Source: Macrostomum lignano | Taxonomy: Eukaryota | Direction of reading: 5' to 3' | NCBI GenBank assembly: GCA_002269645.1 | Contig: NIVC01000306.1 | Span: forward strand, 1-64,000 | DNA: 64,000 nt | Shown here: positions 34,681-47,473 of the stretch, in pieces | How the letters are laid out: each line of letters begins with the position of its first letter | Position numbering within the stretch: position 1 is the stretch's first letter | Notes under the pieces: generated by a model | The model's database searches: none | What the model saw: the letters and a program-made list of their open reading frames with translations, nothing else | Told to the model about the DNA's origin: nothing | Program-made: the position numbers and the translations under genes

Positions 34681-37600
34681 TTTGATTCACAAAATGAGAG
34701 CTATTTTATGAGATGCATTCCGCTTTTATGCGCGAGTCATATCTGCTTCACATCGCTAATAAAAGATTGGCAAATAAGACTTGGATCAGTAAACAGAACA
34801 AGTTGTAAGCTAAGCAAGAGGTCATCAAACAGTTTTATTAGATTTTTATGCTTCTTGATATTGGTTGTCCGGCGGTCTTTAATAATTAGACTATCCTTAT
34901 CTCTCTTGGTCATGACTTGTCACGGTGCTTAATAAAGCTTGGTAAAAATACGATCGGTATTTGCCTACACTGCGACCGCATACACCGACTGATAAGACAT
35001 CGGTAGCAAGCAAATTTGAGCAAGTTTCAGTGCATTCATTATTCTTCGTGAACATCTGTCTCGTGATTATCCGCTACCCAATCGACACCTGATCTTTTCT
35101 CAGATAAAAACCTGCACGCAAAAACCAGGTTGCTAATTACAGAGCAGACTTTCATGGTCATTAGCTATCAGTGGATATCAATCGGGGATTACTATGAAAT
35201 AATAATGTTCGCGCATAGCCGCCCTTCGCCCGCAAAATCCGTCATTTTGCTTCTTGAACAACCTGAAATTACGAAATCGAGGGATTCAATTTTGGTTCGA
35301 CTCGTTCAGCTCTCGCCCCCCGAAATTTATGTGCAGCAACGTTACGCAGGTGTTTTATATTCAGGTTGCCTCGTTCGTTTTGAATGGTTTGTCCGGGTTC
35401 AGCGGCCCTAACAATTCGAGTTTGGCAGCTTAGATCTGTGCGCAAAATCGAACTAAAAGCCAAGTAAAAGTTGCCGAAGTGAACAAGGGAACTCGCAACT
35501 GCTAATGACATCTGTTTTGGCGTACGATTTACTCGTACTTACTCGCTATGGGACCACTGGGTCATGGGTTTTAAATCCTTGGAATGTCCTCGTGTGCTGT
35601 ACAAGTAAAGTCTATAAAGTTCCTTAAGCAAGAGTTTTTCGCTAAATGTTTTGTAACTGAATTAGCGTCAATTTCTGAGGTATAGAAAGCTTTCTGGTCG
35701 CAGTTAAACAAATGATTCAATGCAATTGTCTCCTTGTCTTGATGACACCTGATGCAACCTGTGCTGCAGTATGTAGAATATGTGCATTTTAGCGAGTATA
35801 ATTTTCTGCCATTGCGTGAGCGTGTATATCTGCTTCTGCTTTTACCTAAGCAGCAGGTGACAGTCGCAAATTATATTGCGCCCACCCACTTTCTTGATCC
35901 TTTCTTTCCCTGCGCTTCTTCTGCCTCTCCACCTGAAGCTTCGTTCTTTTCGTCGTCTATGACGATTTGATTGCAATGAGAAGCAACGCCCTGCAGCTTC
36001 CTTGTTAGTCGCGGAGGACAAGAAAGACGCTCGGGGGAGCAGCAAGTCAAAACATATAGCCTACAAGCCAGCAAAGTTTTAAATAGATGAGGAGAAGGGT
36101 CGAAATTGCAGTCATGCAGTCTTAGAAATTATCTTCTTGCGTCTCCCTTTTAGACTGCTGCATGGCCCTCTCATTCACTTGAGCTGTGTGACAAGGGAGT
36201 TTCGCATGCGCACACATGCCGCCCGTTTAGCAACAGCAGCCTGTCCTTTCCTAAAGGCAAGTTCTTTCGTGCTCCGCGCTGAAGCCTCTGATCTCGCTGT
36301 CTCCTGCCGTCCTCTCCTTTCTTTGGGCCGATGGCTGGACTAGTAATTACCGCAGACTAACCGACCTCCTCTCCATCCTGCCCCTCCTGTCTGAAATCCG
36401 AATTATACTTTCGTCCCAGTCACGTACAGAATCAGTCTGATACAAGCTATTGAAGTGCCCACCTGTAACAGGTGTGATTATTGAAGAAGTAACGATAACG
36501 ATGAAATATCGATGCTTCAATTTAGCTTGGCAAACCGGCTAGAGTTATCTTATGCTGTCTAACAAGTGACACCACACCTTCTCTCCAAAACATGAGCTCG
36601 ATCTGTCCGACAAATGAGCCTCTGTTCCAGCAGGTGAAAATTCCTTTCGACTAAAGCAAAAATGTTAAGTGGTTAAAAAATTGAAGACGACTCTGTATAG
36701 CCAGTCAATTTAGTCGCCACTCTATGCGCCAGTGAGCAATTTCTCTTGGACTATTCTGCAATAAAAGATGCGAGAAAATTGAGGGGTAGCTTTAATCCGT
36801 CCAACCCTCGCTAACCGCTTCAACTCAAGTCTGCCGCGGCGTAACTAAGTTGCGTCACTCGCAAAGATTGAGAGACTTTACCTGCACTCTCAAAAGTGGC
36901 GACCACAGACGGAATCTTCTGTGATGGCAACTTTTCGATGTTACTTAGTGTATATTCGATAGCGCCAGGTGCAGAAATGCTTCGGACCAAAACTAATTAG
37001 CAAAGGAAAAAGCGACAATCCATTTTTATACAGTTTCGTTTGACGACTTATTTTATTTTACGCAATATTCTTTTATAGCCAAAAGCAATTTTGGCTGATA
37101 CGACGACAGCTTTGGGGCAGAGTGGCCTGGAAATCTAGTCAACTTTGCTTCAATCGTCTTCTTTTGCGTAGGGTGCGCAGCGTTTGTGTCCTGATTAATT
37201 ATATAATTAGTATAGGTACCTGGCGAAATGCCTTGTAAACTATCTGCAAGTGTGCACATGTGGCCTGAGACAGTCTTCAAACGCCAGAATCTTGAGCAGC
37301 AACTCTCCACTTAACTATATACGTAATACTATGCGCAATATGATACACAAGAAGGCTAACAAGGAGATTTTTCAACCCCGGCGTTTGGATTGCTGTTCAG
37401 GTGTTAGTTTGTTAAAACGGCTATTTGGCACTGCCGTGAGTCAAGACGGCATGCAGGCAGTCACACGCCCATTCAATTCGTACTCAGACACACGTTTCTG
37501 TCGTCAGGAAGGCAGTTGTACACACTCTGTGCCTGATTGGCGTTTTGGAATATAAAATACGATTGCTTATTTAATCGTTAAAAAATTGTACTATTCTGAG

Positions 37601-37691
37601 CCGGGAATGTGTTGTCTGTGGTAATTTTTAACAAAAACTAGGATATTATATCATATAATCTCCTCGAAATCAGGAGCAATCGAATTTAATA

Positions 37692-37843
37692 TATGATAAA
37701 CGCCGTTTAATTCATCATAGTCTATGGTTAGAATATCCTCGGCTACAATCAATGGTCCTCGGCTCGCTACGCTCGCCTCGAGACCATTAAACGCAGCCTC
37801 GGACATTCTAACCACAGAATGTGAATTAAACGGCGTTTATTAT
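37692..37843. mobile_element. ~150-bp palindromic MITE-like element
   Basis: ataaacgccgtttaattca..ggttagaat..ctcggct..aatggtc mirrored around the central ctcgctacgctcg. Confidence 0.7.
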
Positions 37844-39527
37844 TTACTTAACCGTTTTTAATTTGTTAATCTAATGTTTTTCCCATTAATTTACACTGTG
37901 CACGCTGCACACGCGTAAATTTTCTGACCCTGCTTTCTTTCGACGGTTTCTCGTCTAGAGATTTAGAAATTCTGAACGCATTTGGCTAGATAAAGCTGCA
38001 TATAATTAAACACGTATATAGACAGGTGCCTACAGGCACACGATCATGTGACCTCAGTTGATCGCCCTTTTCACCCTTCTTTATCTTCGGCATTCAAATC
38101 CAGCCTCGTGTATGGATGATGGTGCGGAGGCTACGGTGCACAGACAACTACAACTACAATTTGGGGGAAAACGGAGCACCGTGCACTGTCTGCCCAAATA
38201 AAACAAAATTTGGTTACAAGCTGTAGGTATTCCTAATTTTCTGTACGAGTAGAAGTCCGTATCAGATTGCACAAGCATAAGATATCCAATAACTGCGTGG
38301 GCGAATAAATATATAAAGCCACCACGTGATCGCGCCAGACGCCCTGCAGAAATGGCTTACATGCTGATACAGGTCCAGGTGTAACCTGGTGCAGAACTTA
38401 TCAGTGCATGCTAAGTTTTTCTACCTAATGCTGCCCAATATCCCAAATCCCCCCAGATCAGGCTGACCACGGGCAGCAGGGGATTTGGCTGAAATCATGC
38501 CAAATTTGGCAAGCATCACAAATCCATTCGGCTTTCTTGCACGCGATGCAGAATTAAGACAATACAGTACATGATGTACTTGTTTAATACACTGGACTTG
38601 TGAAATTTAATTTTTTTAAATCTATTTAACAACAAAAACGGTCGATGCTTTGGTACCATAATAGTATAGTTGGTACTGTGCTACAGAGTAAAACTATTGC
38701 TAAAGTCATTTTAATCATGTAGCCATACCAACGCTATTTGTGATGCTACGAGTGCAGTGCGCGTATTAAGAAATTTTGCGTAATAAATCTTAGAAAATAA
38801 CATAATTGGGCCACAACTAATCTGTTCTTTGAATAATTTTTTTTACAAAAATGACAGACAAGAATGAAACTTTCTATGGGCTACCTGCATGTTGCAAAAT
38901 AAATCTTGTTGAGGTGTTTTAGGAACGCAAAAAAGTGAAAATAAACAAAAAATTTTCGAGGTCATGGTTAAAGTTGACAACAAAAATTATACGTGTAGTA
39001 GTCTAGTAAAGAGAGCTTTGGTATATGTACATCCAGCAACACAGAAGCTTCCGCCCCCCCCCCTTAATCAGTTCTCAACTTTTGTCAGATTGCAGGCTTA
39101 AGTGACGCAATTCACATGCGGTTCTCGTCTCAACTGTGGGTGATGCAAATTGCGTCACAAGGCCCCGGCTTAGGACCGTAATCGGACCTAATCGTCCCAC
39201 TCAGGCACGCACACACGCTCACACAGGTGTACAGCGGCCATGACTTTCTAATCGGTCCGGTATGTACACTCTCTGTGCTTTAGGAGTTGCCCCTCATGGG
39301 TTCGAATCGCAGGATCGCAAGGAGCTGGGTCGTGGCTTGAGAGTCGGACGCTTTACCGCGTTAAAAAAGACATACTGGCTCCGTTTGCAGCTCAAAAGTT
39401 CCGAGGGTTGTCAGATCTTGCCAATGCCTTTTCCATTAAAAACCTACGAATGAGAGGGTAACTTCCTTCTAAACGTACTTTAGCTGTCCATAATATGAAC
39501 ATGGGTATTCCGAGACATTCTACAAAG

Positions 39528-39899
39528 TCACAAATCGATAACACCTGAATCGGCGTCCCCGGCAGACCACGCAGGCAACAATTCAGATTTGTGCCGGACG
39601 CAGAGGCGAGAGTCCGTCCAGGGCGACTGCAGCATCAGCAGCGGTTGAAAGTCGTGCGGCAACGGACGGTCGAGCTCGCCGAGGCAGGCCACCAGGCTGA
39701 AGTGGTCGAACTCGGACGGCGGATAGTAGGGCGAGCCGGAGAGGTCAGCAGACAGAGCCAGTTTGTTCACGTGAGCAACCACACGGTGGCAGATTTCTCG
39801 AGCCGAAGTCTGGCTGGTCACCTGAAGCGTGACTACGGCTGATGCCAGCTCGGGAACGTAGTCTGCATGCACCCGGATGCTGGTAGGGCTCAGGCAACA

Positions 39900-39939
<40 letters not shown>

Positions 39940-42900
39940 GTTGAGCAGTTTGGCGGGAAGAACACGGACAGCGTTGCCGCTGATGACGAGCCAGCATGCA
40001 GGGCGATCGCGCCAGGCGACGACGGCGACGGAAGCGGCGAGGCCGGCGAGGACGGCCGCTCGCAAAGCCGAACGCAGCTCGCCTGGCCGCTGCGGTCGCG
40101 GGCGGCGCTGATAACAGCGCCGGTCCATCGGTGCGCCCGGCAGGCGGCCTCTTGGCGAGACTGCAGCGCCTGCAGCCGCGTCAGGCGAGCCCTGGCGACC
40201 GCCATCTCGGCATCGGTGAACGCCTGTCGCTGGGCGTGCATCGCGATGGCGATGACTAGTTCCAGTTGAGCTCCGAGCGCTGCCAAATCCGGATACCATC
40301 GGCTAGCGTAGGTGCTCAAGCTGAGATGCTCGAAGTGACTCAACGGCAGGCGGGAGCAGCCGGGCGGCAGGGCGGGGGAGCCGTCCGGGCCGCCAGGCGG
40401 GTCGCAGACCTGCTCGGCCGGAGGAAAAACCAGCAGCAGGCTGAGCCGCGGTGTCAGCTGGATGACTCCGCCAGTGTAAAATCGCATGCGGGCTCGCAGG
40501 CCGCGCCTGTCGCTGCTCAGCTGCAACTGCTCGCAGCACAGTCGGTCCAGTCCCGCTCGTAGTAGTCGCCGAAAGCTGCCGCTGAACCCCGCCCCGCCAG
40601 AGTCCGAGTCGCAAGCCACCTGGCGCCATTCTTTTTCGCTGACGTGCGAGTTGGATCGCAGTCGAACGCAGGGCACGCAGTTTGGTTGGCCATTGTCTAC
40701 CAAAATACTGACACTGTCTAGTGAGCTGTAGAGCTTCAGGTAGCCCAGGTAGAGTCCGGCATCCAAGCCGACAAGGGAACGCGTTGAAAATGATACCAGT
40801 TCGTCCAGGTGTCCGGCTAGCACGGGATCCTCGCTGGCTGCCCGGCCAAGTGTGGCCAGCGAAGACCAGCGGAAGGCCGCTGGCGGGTCCGCCCGGCGGG
40901 TGGAGGCCTGCCGGCAGACGAGCACGATGAAGCGGGCCGATGTAGCGGAGGCTGGAGATGCAGCGTCGCCGCTGCCGAGGATGCTAGGGTACACCTGACA
41001 ATTTTGAAGCGCATGAAGGCAAACATTGTAATCGACAAGATCTTTCTACTGTGGCTACTTGGGTACATCGGAGGCAGGTCTGCGCCAAACATAGATTGAC
41101 AAGATAAGAAGTTTCCGGGCTTTTATTACTACACTGGCAAAATCTCAGCTTCAAAACAGTTAAATTGATATGCAGGTTATCCAAGTTGGTTACCTGGCCC
41201 AGCTGGCAGGTGCCTAGAGCTTCCTGTAGTCGGCGCGCGGCCTGCAGCAGCGCCAGTCGCAGCAGCTGTTGGGAGCCTGGAGGCGCTGCCAGCCGTTCCA
41301 AGCGCAGGGACAGCGGCCGCAGGGCCGCACCGTCTGAGATCAGCCGGTTGAGCCAGACCAGCTCAGCCTGCAGGCCGGCTGGCTTTGCCAACTCCGACTC
41401 TATCGGGGTGTGCGGCAGCGAGTCCTCGTTGAGCAGCAGTTTCTCACCGGTGTGCATCAGCATGGTCAGGTAGAGTCCCTGCTTCGGCCGGCGAACGAAC
41501 TTGTTAGTGCCGGAGAAGAGTTTGTGCAGGCTGGATCGCTTCTTGATCGGCGATCGGTTCACCGCGGCAGTCGCATGCGAGGACGAAGCGACATCGGAGG
41601 CCTGAGACGGGCCGCCAGCTGGTGCACAAGAGGACGAAGCCGACGCTGTCTCGACGTCTTCGCTGCCGGCTAGCCAGGCAGTCAGCTCGTCGGCTGCCGA
41701 GTTACGCAGCTCGGCAACCTCGGCACCTGTCGGGCTGTCCGGCCTCGGACACGCTGCGGCCGGTCCGGCCACCTGCCACCAGGCGGACGGTGCCAGGCAG
41801 GGCGGCAGGGAGGCCTTCGCGACGCTCCAGCCGATCAGGTTAAACGCGGCGACACGGACGAAGACCGGCTGACCCGGAGGCAGGCGGTGGATTTGATAGA
41901 CGGCCCGTGGCAGGCGGCCTTCAACTTCGCGATGTCCCAGCAGCGGGCTGAAGGCCTCGCTGTGCGCCCACTCGATGCGGTAGCGAACCACCGCCCAGGC
42001 CGGCTGTGGAGTCACCATCACCTTGAGCGACTCCAGGCCTGAGACCTCCAAGCTGACGCAGGCTGGCGTCGGAGCCGGCGGCGCGAGGCGAAAGTCCGCA
42101 AGCAGCTGCTGCGCCAGACGGTGGCTGTGCTCCAGGCTCTCCAGCTCCTCTTCGGCGTCCTGACTGCTGCTGGTGGACGAACGGCTGATCAGCTTGGCGG
42201 ATGCGCTGACCATCTCTTCGGCTAGGCGATGCACCGTCTCCACCAGGTGCCGCTCCATGCAGTGCAGCAAGCGCGGGTTTCCCACGGCGTCCTGGCTGAG
42301 CAGGAGCAGAGCGATGCTCTGATGGCCTCTAATCAGGGCCATGTCCAGCGGGCTGAGCTGCAGGTCGTTAATGCAGTTCTTCAGTAGCGGCCTACGGGCG
42401 AGAATCGCTTTAGCCGCGGCTACGTCGTTGTGCTCGACTGCCTCGTAGAGCCGATTAGCGTCTTGTAGAAGCGAGTTGGAGCGGAACGTCTCCGAGCTCC
42501 AGTCTTCGACATTTTTACTGCTGTTGAACCGTTTGAAGTGCCTGATGAAGGGCAGCTTGCTGTGCTTCTGAGATCCGGATCGCGGCTTCAGCGCCGGCGA
42601 GGCAATCCGCGTTGCCGCCCGTGAGGCTGCTGCGATCGCCGCTGCAGCCGCCGCAGACCTCTTATCGGCCGAGGTTGGCGGCAGCATGCGATCCGGCAGT
42701 GAGGCCTGCTTCGTCATGCCCGGATTAGACAGGCACTCGCTCGAGGCCACAAATCTGCTGCGGTAGAAGCGGCCTTTCAAAGATCGGTCTCGGTTGAGGC
42801 CGCTGCCGCCGGCGCTGCTGCTGCTGCTGTTGCACCGAGGATGCGGCACATGCTGCTGTTGCGGGTGCAGCTTCGGCGGTGGCTGCTGTTTCGGCGAATT

Positions 42901-42987
42901 AGGCATTGATTCGGTTCGAAGCGACGTCCTTGGACTCGGCACTGGCACGCTCAGGAAGTGTGCGGATTCTTGGAGCGCCTTGTCCAT
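39528..42987 (-). CDS. ANKFN1: Ankyrin repeat and fibronectin type III domain protein 1 (wide awake/banderuola ortholog-like), 2 exons (42987-41194, 40994-39528), ~1086 aa
   Basis: Ankyrin pair (LYEAVEHND..., SPLDMALIRGHQSIALLL), FN3 (RYRIEW...YQIHRL..G..VFVRVAAFNLIGWS..PSAWW), and a C-terminal RA-like domain (IRVHADY...TSAREI...FSLVACLGELDRPL). A 199-nt phase-0 GT-AG intron joins the ORFs. Contains a CAG-encoded poly-Q. Confidence 0.85.
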
Positions 42988-44179
42988 CCTTGGCTGACTT
43001 TATAAGTCCGTCGGCTGCTGTTGCTGTTTGCAGGTGTGATTGATTAGGCAGCTGTCATCTAGGAAACTGGCGTTGGACAACCTTTTTTGTATGCCGCTAC
43101 AAGAGCTGCTTGCACCCGTCTGTCCAATAAAAAGTGGCGCGCCTAGACGAAAGGTAAATGCTGTAGATAGATCTTCATTTCGCTGCTCCATCGCAGCCAA
43201 CAACCCAGCCAATGCAGCTTGCGAAGCTTGCGGATTGGTTAAGCGCGGATTGCACAACCACTGTTTGCTCGTAGGCGTCTGTCTGAAGGCTTTATCGCAA
43301 AAAGATTATCGACTAAATTTTGGATAAACGTTGCTTAGATCTGTCTTCGAATTGGAGCATTGTGCGAAGTTTTACTTTGTTTAATCGCCGCTTGTGCTCT
43401 ACTCTGTTCTACTTAGGATTTGTTTATCTGTTGGGTGCAACTAGTCATGGACGCCTAAAGCTTAGAAGTCTAGACAGCAAGCCGTGTTTTGAATTTAGGC
43501 CAATGATGAAATTTTGCCACTTAGGAGAATAGAAGAGGAGCTAAAAGCTACAAAATATTAACTGCAAAGTTACGTGGAGACTTAAAAGCCCAGGTTAAAT
43601 TATTGTAGCCTTTTTGAAGCACTTTATTCGTAGAAAACGAGACAAAAATTGAGTTCAGAATTCGACTATCCAGATGCTCACTGGCTCTAACACTCCTTGG
43701 TGGAGCAGTTCAGTTTTCCATATATATTTTGGCGGCAGAATGGGCAAGCTAAATTTATTGCACTAGCTATTAACAGGAGAGAAAGCAGCCCATGCAATGA
43801 CAGTAGGGCATGGTGGCAGCACTAGCTAATGGCATATCTGTCGCACGGGTGTTAACTGGCTTCATTTTCGGTGCAGTGTCGGATAGGCGTTTATTAGATC
43901 TATTTTTGATATCCATAATGTGATAAATAGTTTTTGGTTTGTTATTCTGTTAGCTTTTATAATTATCAACAAATACCAGCTTTGCACGAATCAATGCTGA
44001 AACTGAAATGTCTATTAATAGATAAATGCGCACCTGCGTGACCATGCATTTATTCTGACCACCTGTTTTACCGAACGAAAAAAATGTCTAGCTACGGACC
44101 AAAATATACATTTACTCTCAATCCCATGCGACATTCCCACGTAATTCGACATAACCCGACATCCGATGATGTCGCATGG

Positions 44180-44400
44180 TGGGTATTTTATATATTACTC
44201 CGGCGGCTGACTCCGTTAATACGTGTAAATCGGCCGATTTAGAAACGGAGTTTCTCTTTGACGGCAAGTCCTGTACTTCTCGTCTGTCTACCTATTGTCT
44301 GTCTGTCTGTTTGTTTGTTCGTTTAGTTTGATTGTAATGCATTTTTAAAAGCGAATCAATTTTTCTGCAAATTGGTTCATTCGATTGCAAATCGCTATGA
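44180..44400. mobile_element. Possible Helentron/HINE-like element
   Basis: tgtctgtctgtctgtttgtttgttc microsatellite core followed by aatcaatttttctgcaaattggt, the same layout as 15340 and 53085. Boundaries unclear. Confidence 0.3.
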
Positions 44401-47202
44401 ATAGGCTCGGTTTATTCCTGAGATCTCTACCTAGAAAATTTACCTGCGAAAATGGCTTACCTGATTCACTTTCTATCTAAAGAGTTTTTCTAGCAGTGAG
44501 AGCAAATTTATAGTCTATGGCTAATAGTGAAGCTAGAGTTTTTAGGTGATGGGATTCGTTCTCTTATTAACAATTGCACATGCCCAACTTAATTGTCAAT
44601 GGCCAATACGTCTTGGCTCTTCTCTAAGGGGGAGAAATTGATTTCTTTTTGACATGCATTTTTAGATATTCTGGAATAAAACGATGCCATAGCCGACTTT
44701 GACCTCTAGATGCCGAGATATTTTGCTAATAACGGCGGGGTTCTCGATTTCCATGGTCCTACATTTAATGGACTAGCGGTGTTTAATGATGGGATCTACA
44801 GAGTAGGTCAAAGAGTCCAAGTGTGCTAGTGTACACTAAACCTGACCACCAAAGCCAAGTTCGAGTCCGCCATTCTTTCTTTATACGTGGTTCGCCGAGA
44901 TCTGTTAGTTTACCATAGATAAACAATTTTCTGAATGAATAATTTTGGGTAAAAAATGCGACTTATCAAATAACGTAATTATCCCTAGTAGGATAAAAGC
45001 TTCATTTGCAATTCGGTCAGTTAAGAAGTTCAATATGTGCTGATGCAGTCTTTATCCGCGCTCATGCTCTGTGCTTGACAGTGTCAATAATTTGACCTTA
45101 AATTGTGCAATCAATGTACGCTATGTGCTGGTTTGAATGCACACGAATAAAGTTAAATGCATCTCGAGGAAATTTGAGTCCCAAACACCAGCACAGCACG
45201 TGCGATGAAAGTGTGATCAAACTTTTCCAGACGAAACATGTGGCTATAAATATAATGGTTTGAAAAATTTATTAACTATCGCATTGTAAACTCTCTAGAA
45301 GCCAGACAGTCTGGCATTTATTATTTAATTAAAAAATGGGATAGCAACAGAGCTCTATTAATAATAACAAAAAAGGTTAAATAGTAAAATGTTTTTTACT
45401 GTTGACGACAATATATGCTCGTATAGTTTTTCAAGTTATTTTTCCTAGGAGTACCGCAGCGGGGTTTTAGTAACATTGGACTAGTTGCGCGACCCCTCTT
45501 CGGGGCATGTCAGTCGATCTAGCTACTTTAGCTGTGCACCTTGGAAGAAAGTTGCATGTGCTTTACAGTCGCTTTTAATGCAATTTTCTTTCATGCCGCA
45601 TAAACTTATTAATATTTCACGACCGTATACCATCCAAGCCCTCCCCTGCGCGCTTATCCAAGTTTCGTTGATCCCTCAGCAGTGTGCACGAGCGATGGGA
45701 CGCTGATGTCGAGCTTTTTTTAGCCAAAACCCTGGAGCTCAGCTTTGCGACACAATATACGGCACTACTCGGCGTGGAAGCTCTACGCTCGTAAAAGTGC
45801 ATTTTTGCTGCATCTCTTTTGCAAGCAAAATTTAACGCCATTGACCGCATGCATGCAGCAGCAGCAGTTTTTGCTCGTGTTTAAGGCTGCGCAGGGTTCA
45901 CTAAGAATATTATTTTGAGCGATGACCTACGCATATAGCTCATAGCAAGCTAGCTCACTGTTGTTTTTATAGAAACCTAAGAAACAAAAACTCGGATTAA
46001 CTCACGGACGGTTCTATGTAACTATGCAGACTAAATCATTTTCTAAGGCTGATTAAGATCTCGAACCTTTATAGATATCACAAAACATTTCAGAACAGAT
46101 TAGAACAGTTAAAACTTTATGACTTTAGGCAATAAAATTATTGATTAACCATGACATAAACTGATATTTTCCTGCGGCAAGAACACCAACAAATATTGGG
46201 TAAAATAAGAGCATTAGCTAGCTTCTGAGAATCATAAGAACCTTGAAAACTACTCGTAGGTACGTAGCCACTCCGCTTGATTAGAGGTTTAGCACCACAG
46301 GCTTTAGCATCAGGGACTCCAGCGCCAGAGGCGCCAGCACCATAAATGCTAATTAAAATATCGATTTTTTATTGTATGATTGCTTTTAAATATAACCCAT
46401 GAATTGATGAAAATTAATAAAACTAATTGTGCACTCCAAAAAATGGAAGTCGTAATTAAACGCAGAACGACGAATGTAGAGAAATCTTTATTTTAGAAAA
46501 TAAACTTTAACTGGACAGAGTGTCATAAGACTCTGCAAAGAGTTGCAGCAACGGCATGCAGTTAAGTAAAAACATGTAGTAATGTTGACAAACTTATTTA
46601 CCAACAACTAATTCGTAAACTAAGTAAAGCATTTAAACAAAAATTGCCACAGTTTTTTTGCTGTTCAATTTTTTTGCTTCTCTTTTAGATGTTAAAGCCG
46701 TAGACCATCCATGGTATCCGCCAATACTCGAGCAGGGACCACTAGAAGATTACGTTAAAGGTCTACGCTACTTTCGTTGTTCCTGTGAATGAAATTTTAC
46801 TTTCTTTAAAATATGGGTGAACTAATATAAGTAAAATGATAAATCAATTATAACAAGCAGCATTAAAACACGCAGATATCTGATTCGATTTTTTAATTTT
46901 AACTCGCATTTTGTTTAAATTTTCACTTCATTTCGATTCGTTAGAGTAAAATAAGTTTCTTAGTTGTTTATACTATGTTTCAATGCTTAGGTTATTTATG
47001 CCCGTCAAATTAAGCCTACTTAACCAATATGACGGATGGATGTTGTGTTTGGGAAATAGTATTTTTAAATTTTATATCCTTATACTTAAAAACTATGCTT
47101 TTAAATCTTGATTGATTTATTTTATTATAATGTAGGAGCCGGCCATATTGCACGAAGTCAAATGTGACTAATTCTGCTTTAGTTTAACAAATATTATATC
47201 CG

Positions 47203-47385
47203 AGGACTACTCAACTAGAAGAACGGGAGACTACGTTTTTAGAAAATGTTTAGGAGGCTGGTTTTCTGTTGGCTGAAAAAATGAAAATTTTTTATCTCGG
47301 TAGCTAGTGCATTTTTCGGCGAAAACCAGCCTCCTAAACAGTTTCTATGAAACGTAGCCTCCCGTTCTTCTACTTGAGCAGTCCT
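47203..47385. mobile_element. Inverted-repeat MITE-like element (~65-bp arms)
   Basis: aggactactcaactagaagaacgggagactacgttt..tgtttaggaggctggttttc versus its near-complement ending gagcagtcct. It lies downstream of the 47474 stop. Confidence 0.7.
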
Positions 47386-47473
47386 TGCTTATATCTTGTC
47401 CGGAAATTATTAAAACTTCGAATATCTACATGTATGTTAATTTAACATCAAAATAGAAGCTTTTATTTACCTA

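Noticed and set aside
35500-37560. Coding-like fragments on the minus strand
   Set aside because: Short frames with frequent stops and no family motif I can recognise; possibly decayed, but unsupported.
39262-39453. tRNA gene or SINE head (gggttcgaatc)
   Set aside because: Box spacing and orientation are ambiguous and no cloverleaf is evident.
39591-42997. Many plus-strand ORFs over ANKFN1
   Set aside because: Antisense shadows of GC-rich coding sequence.
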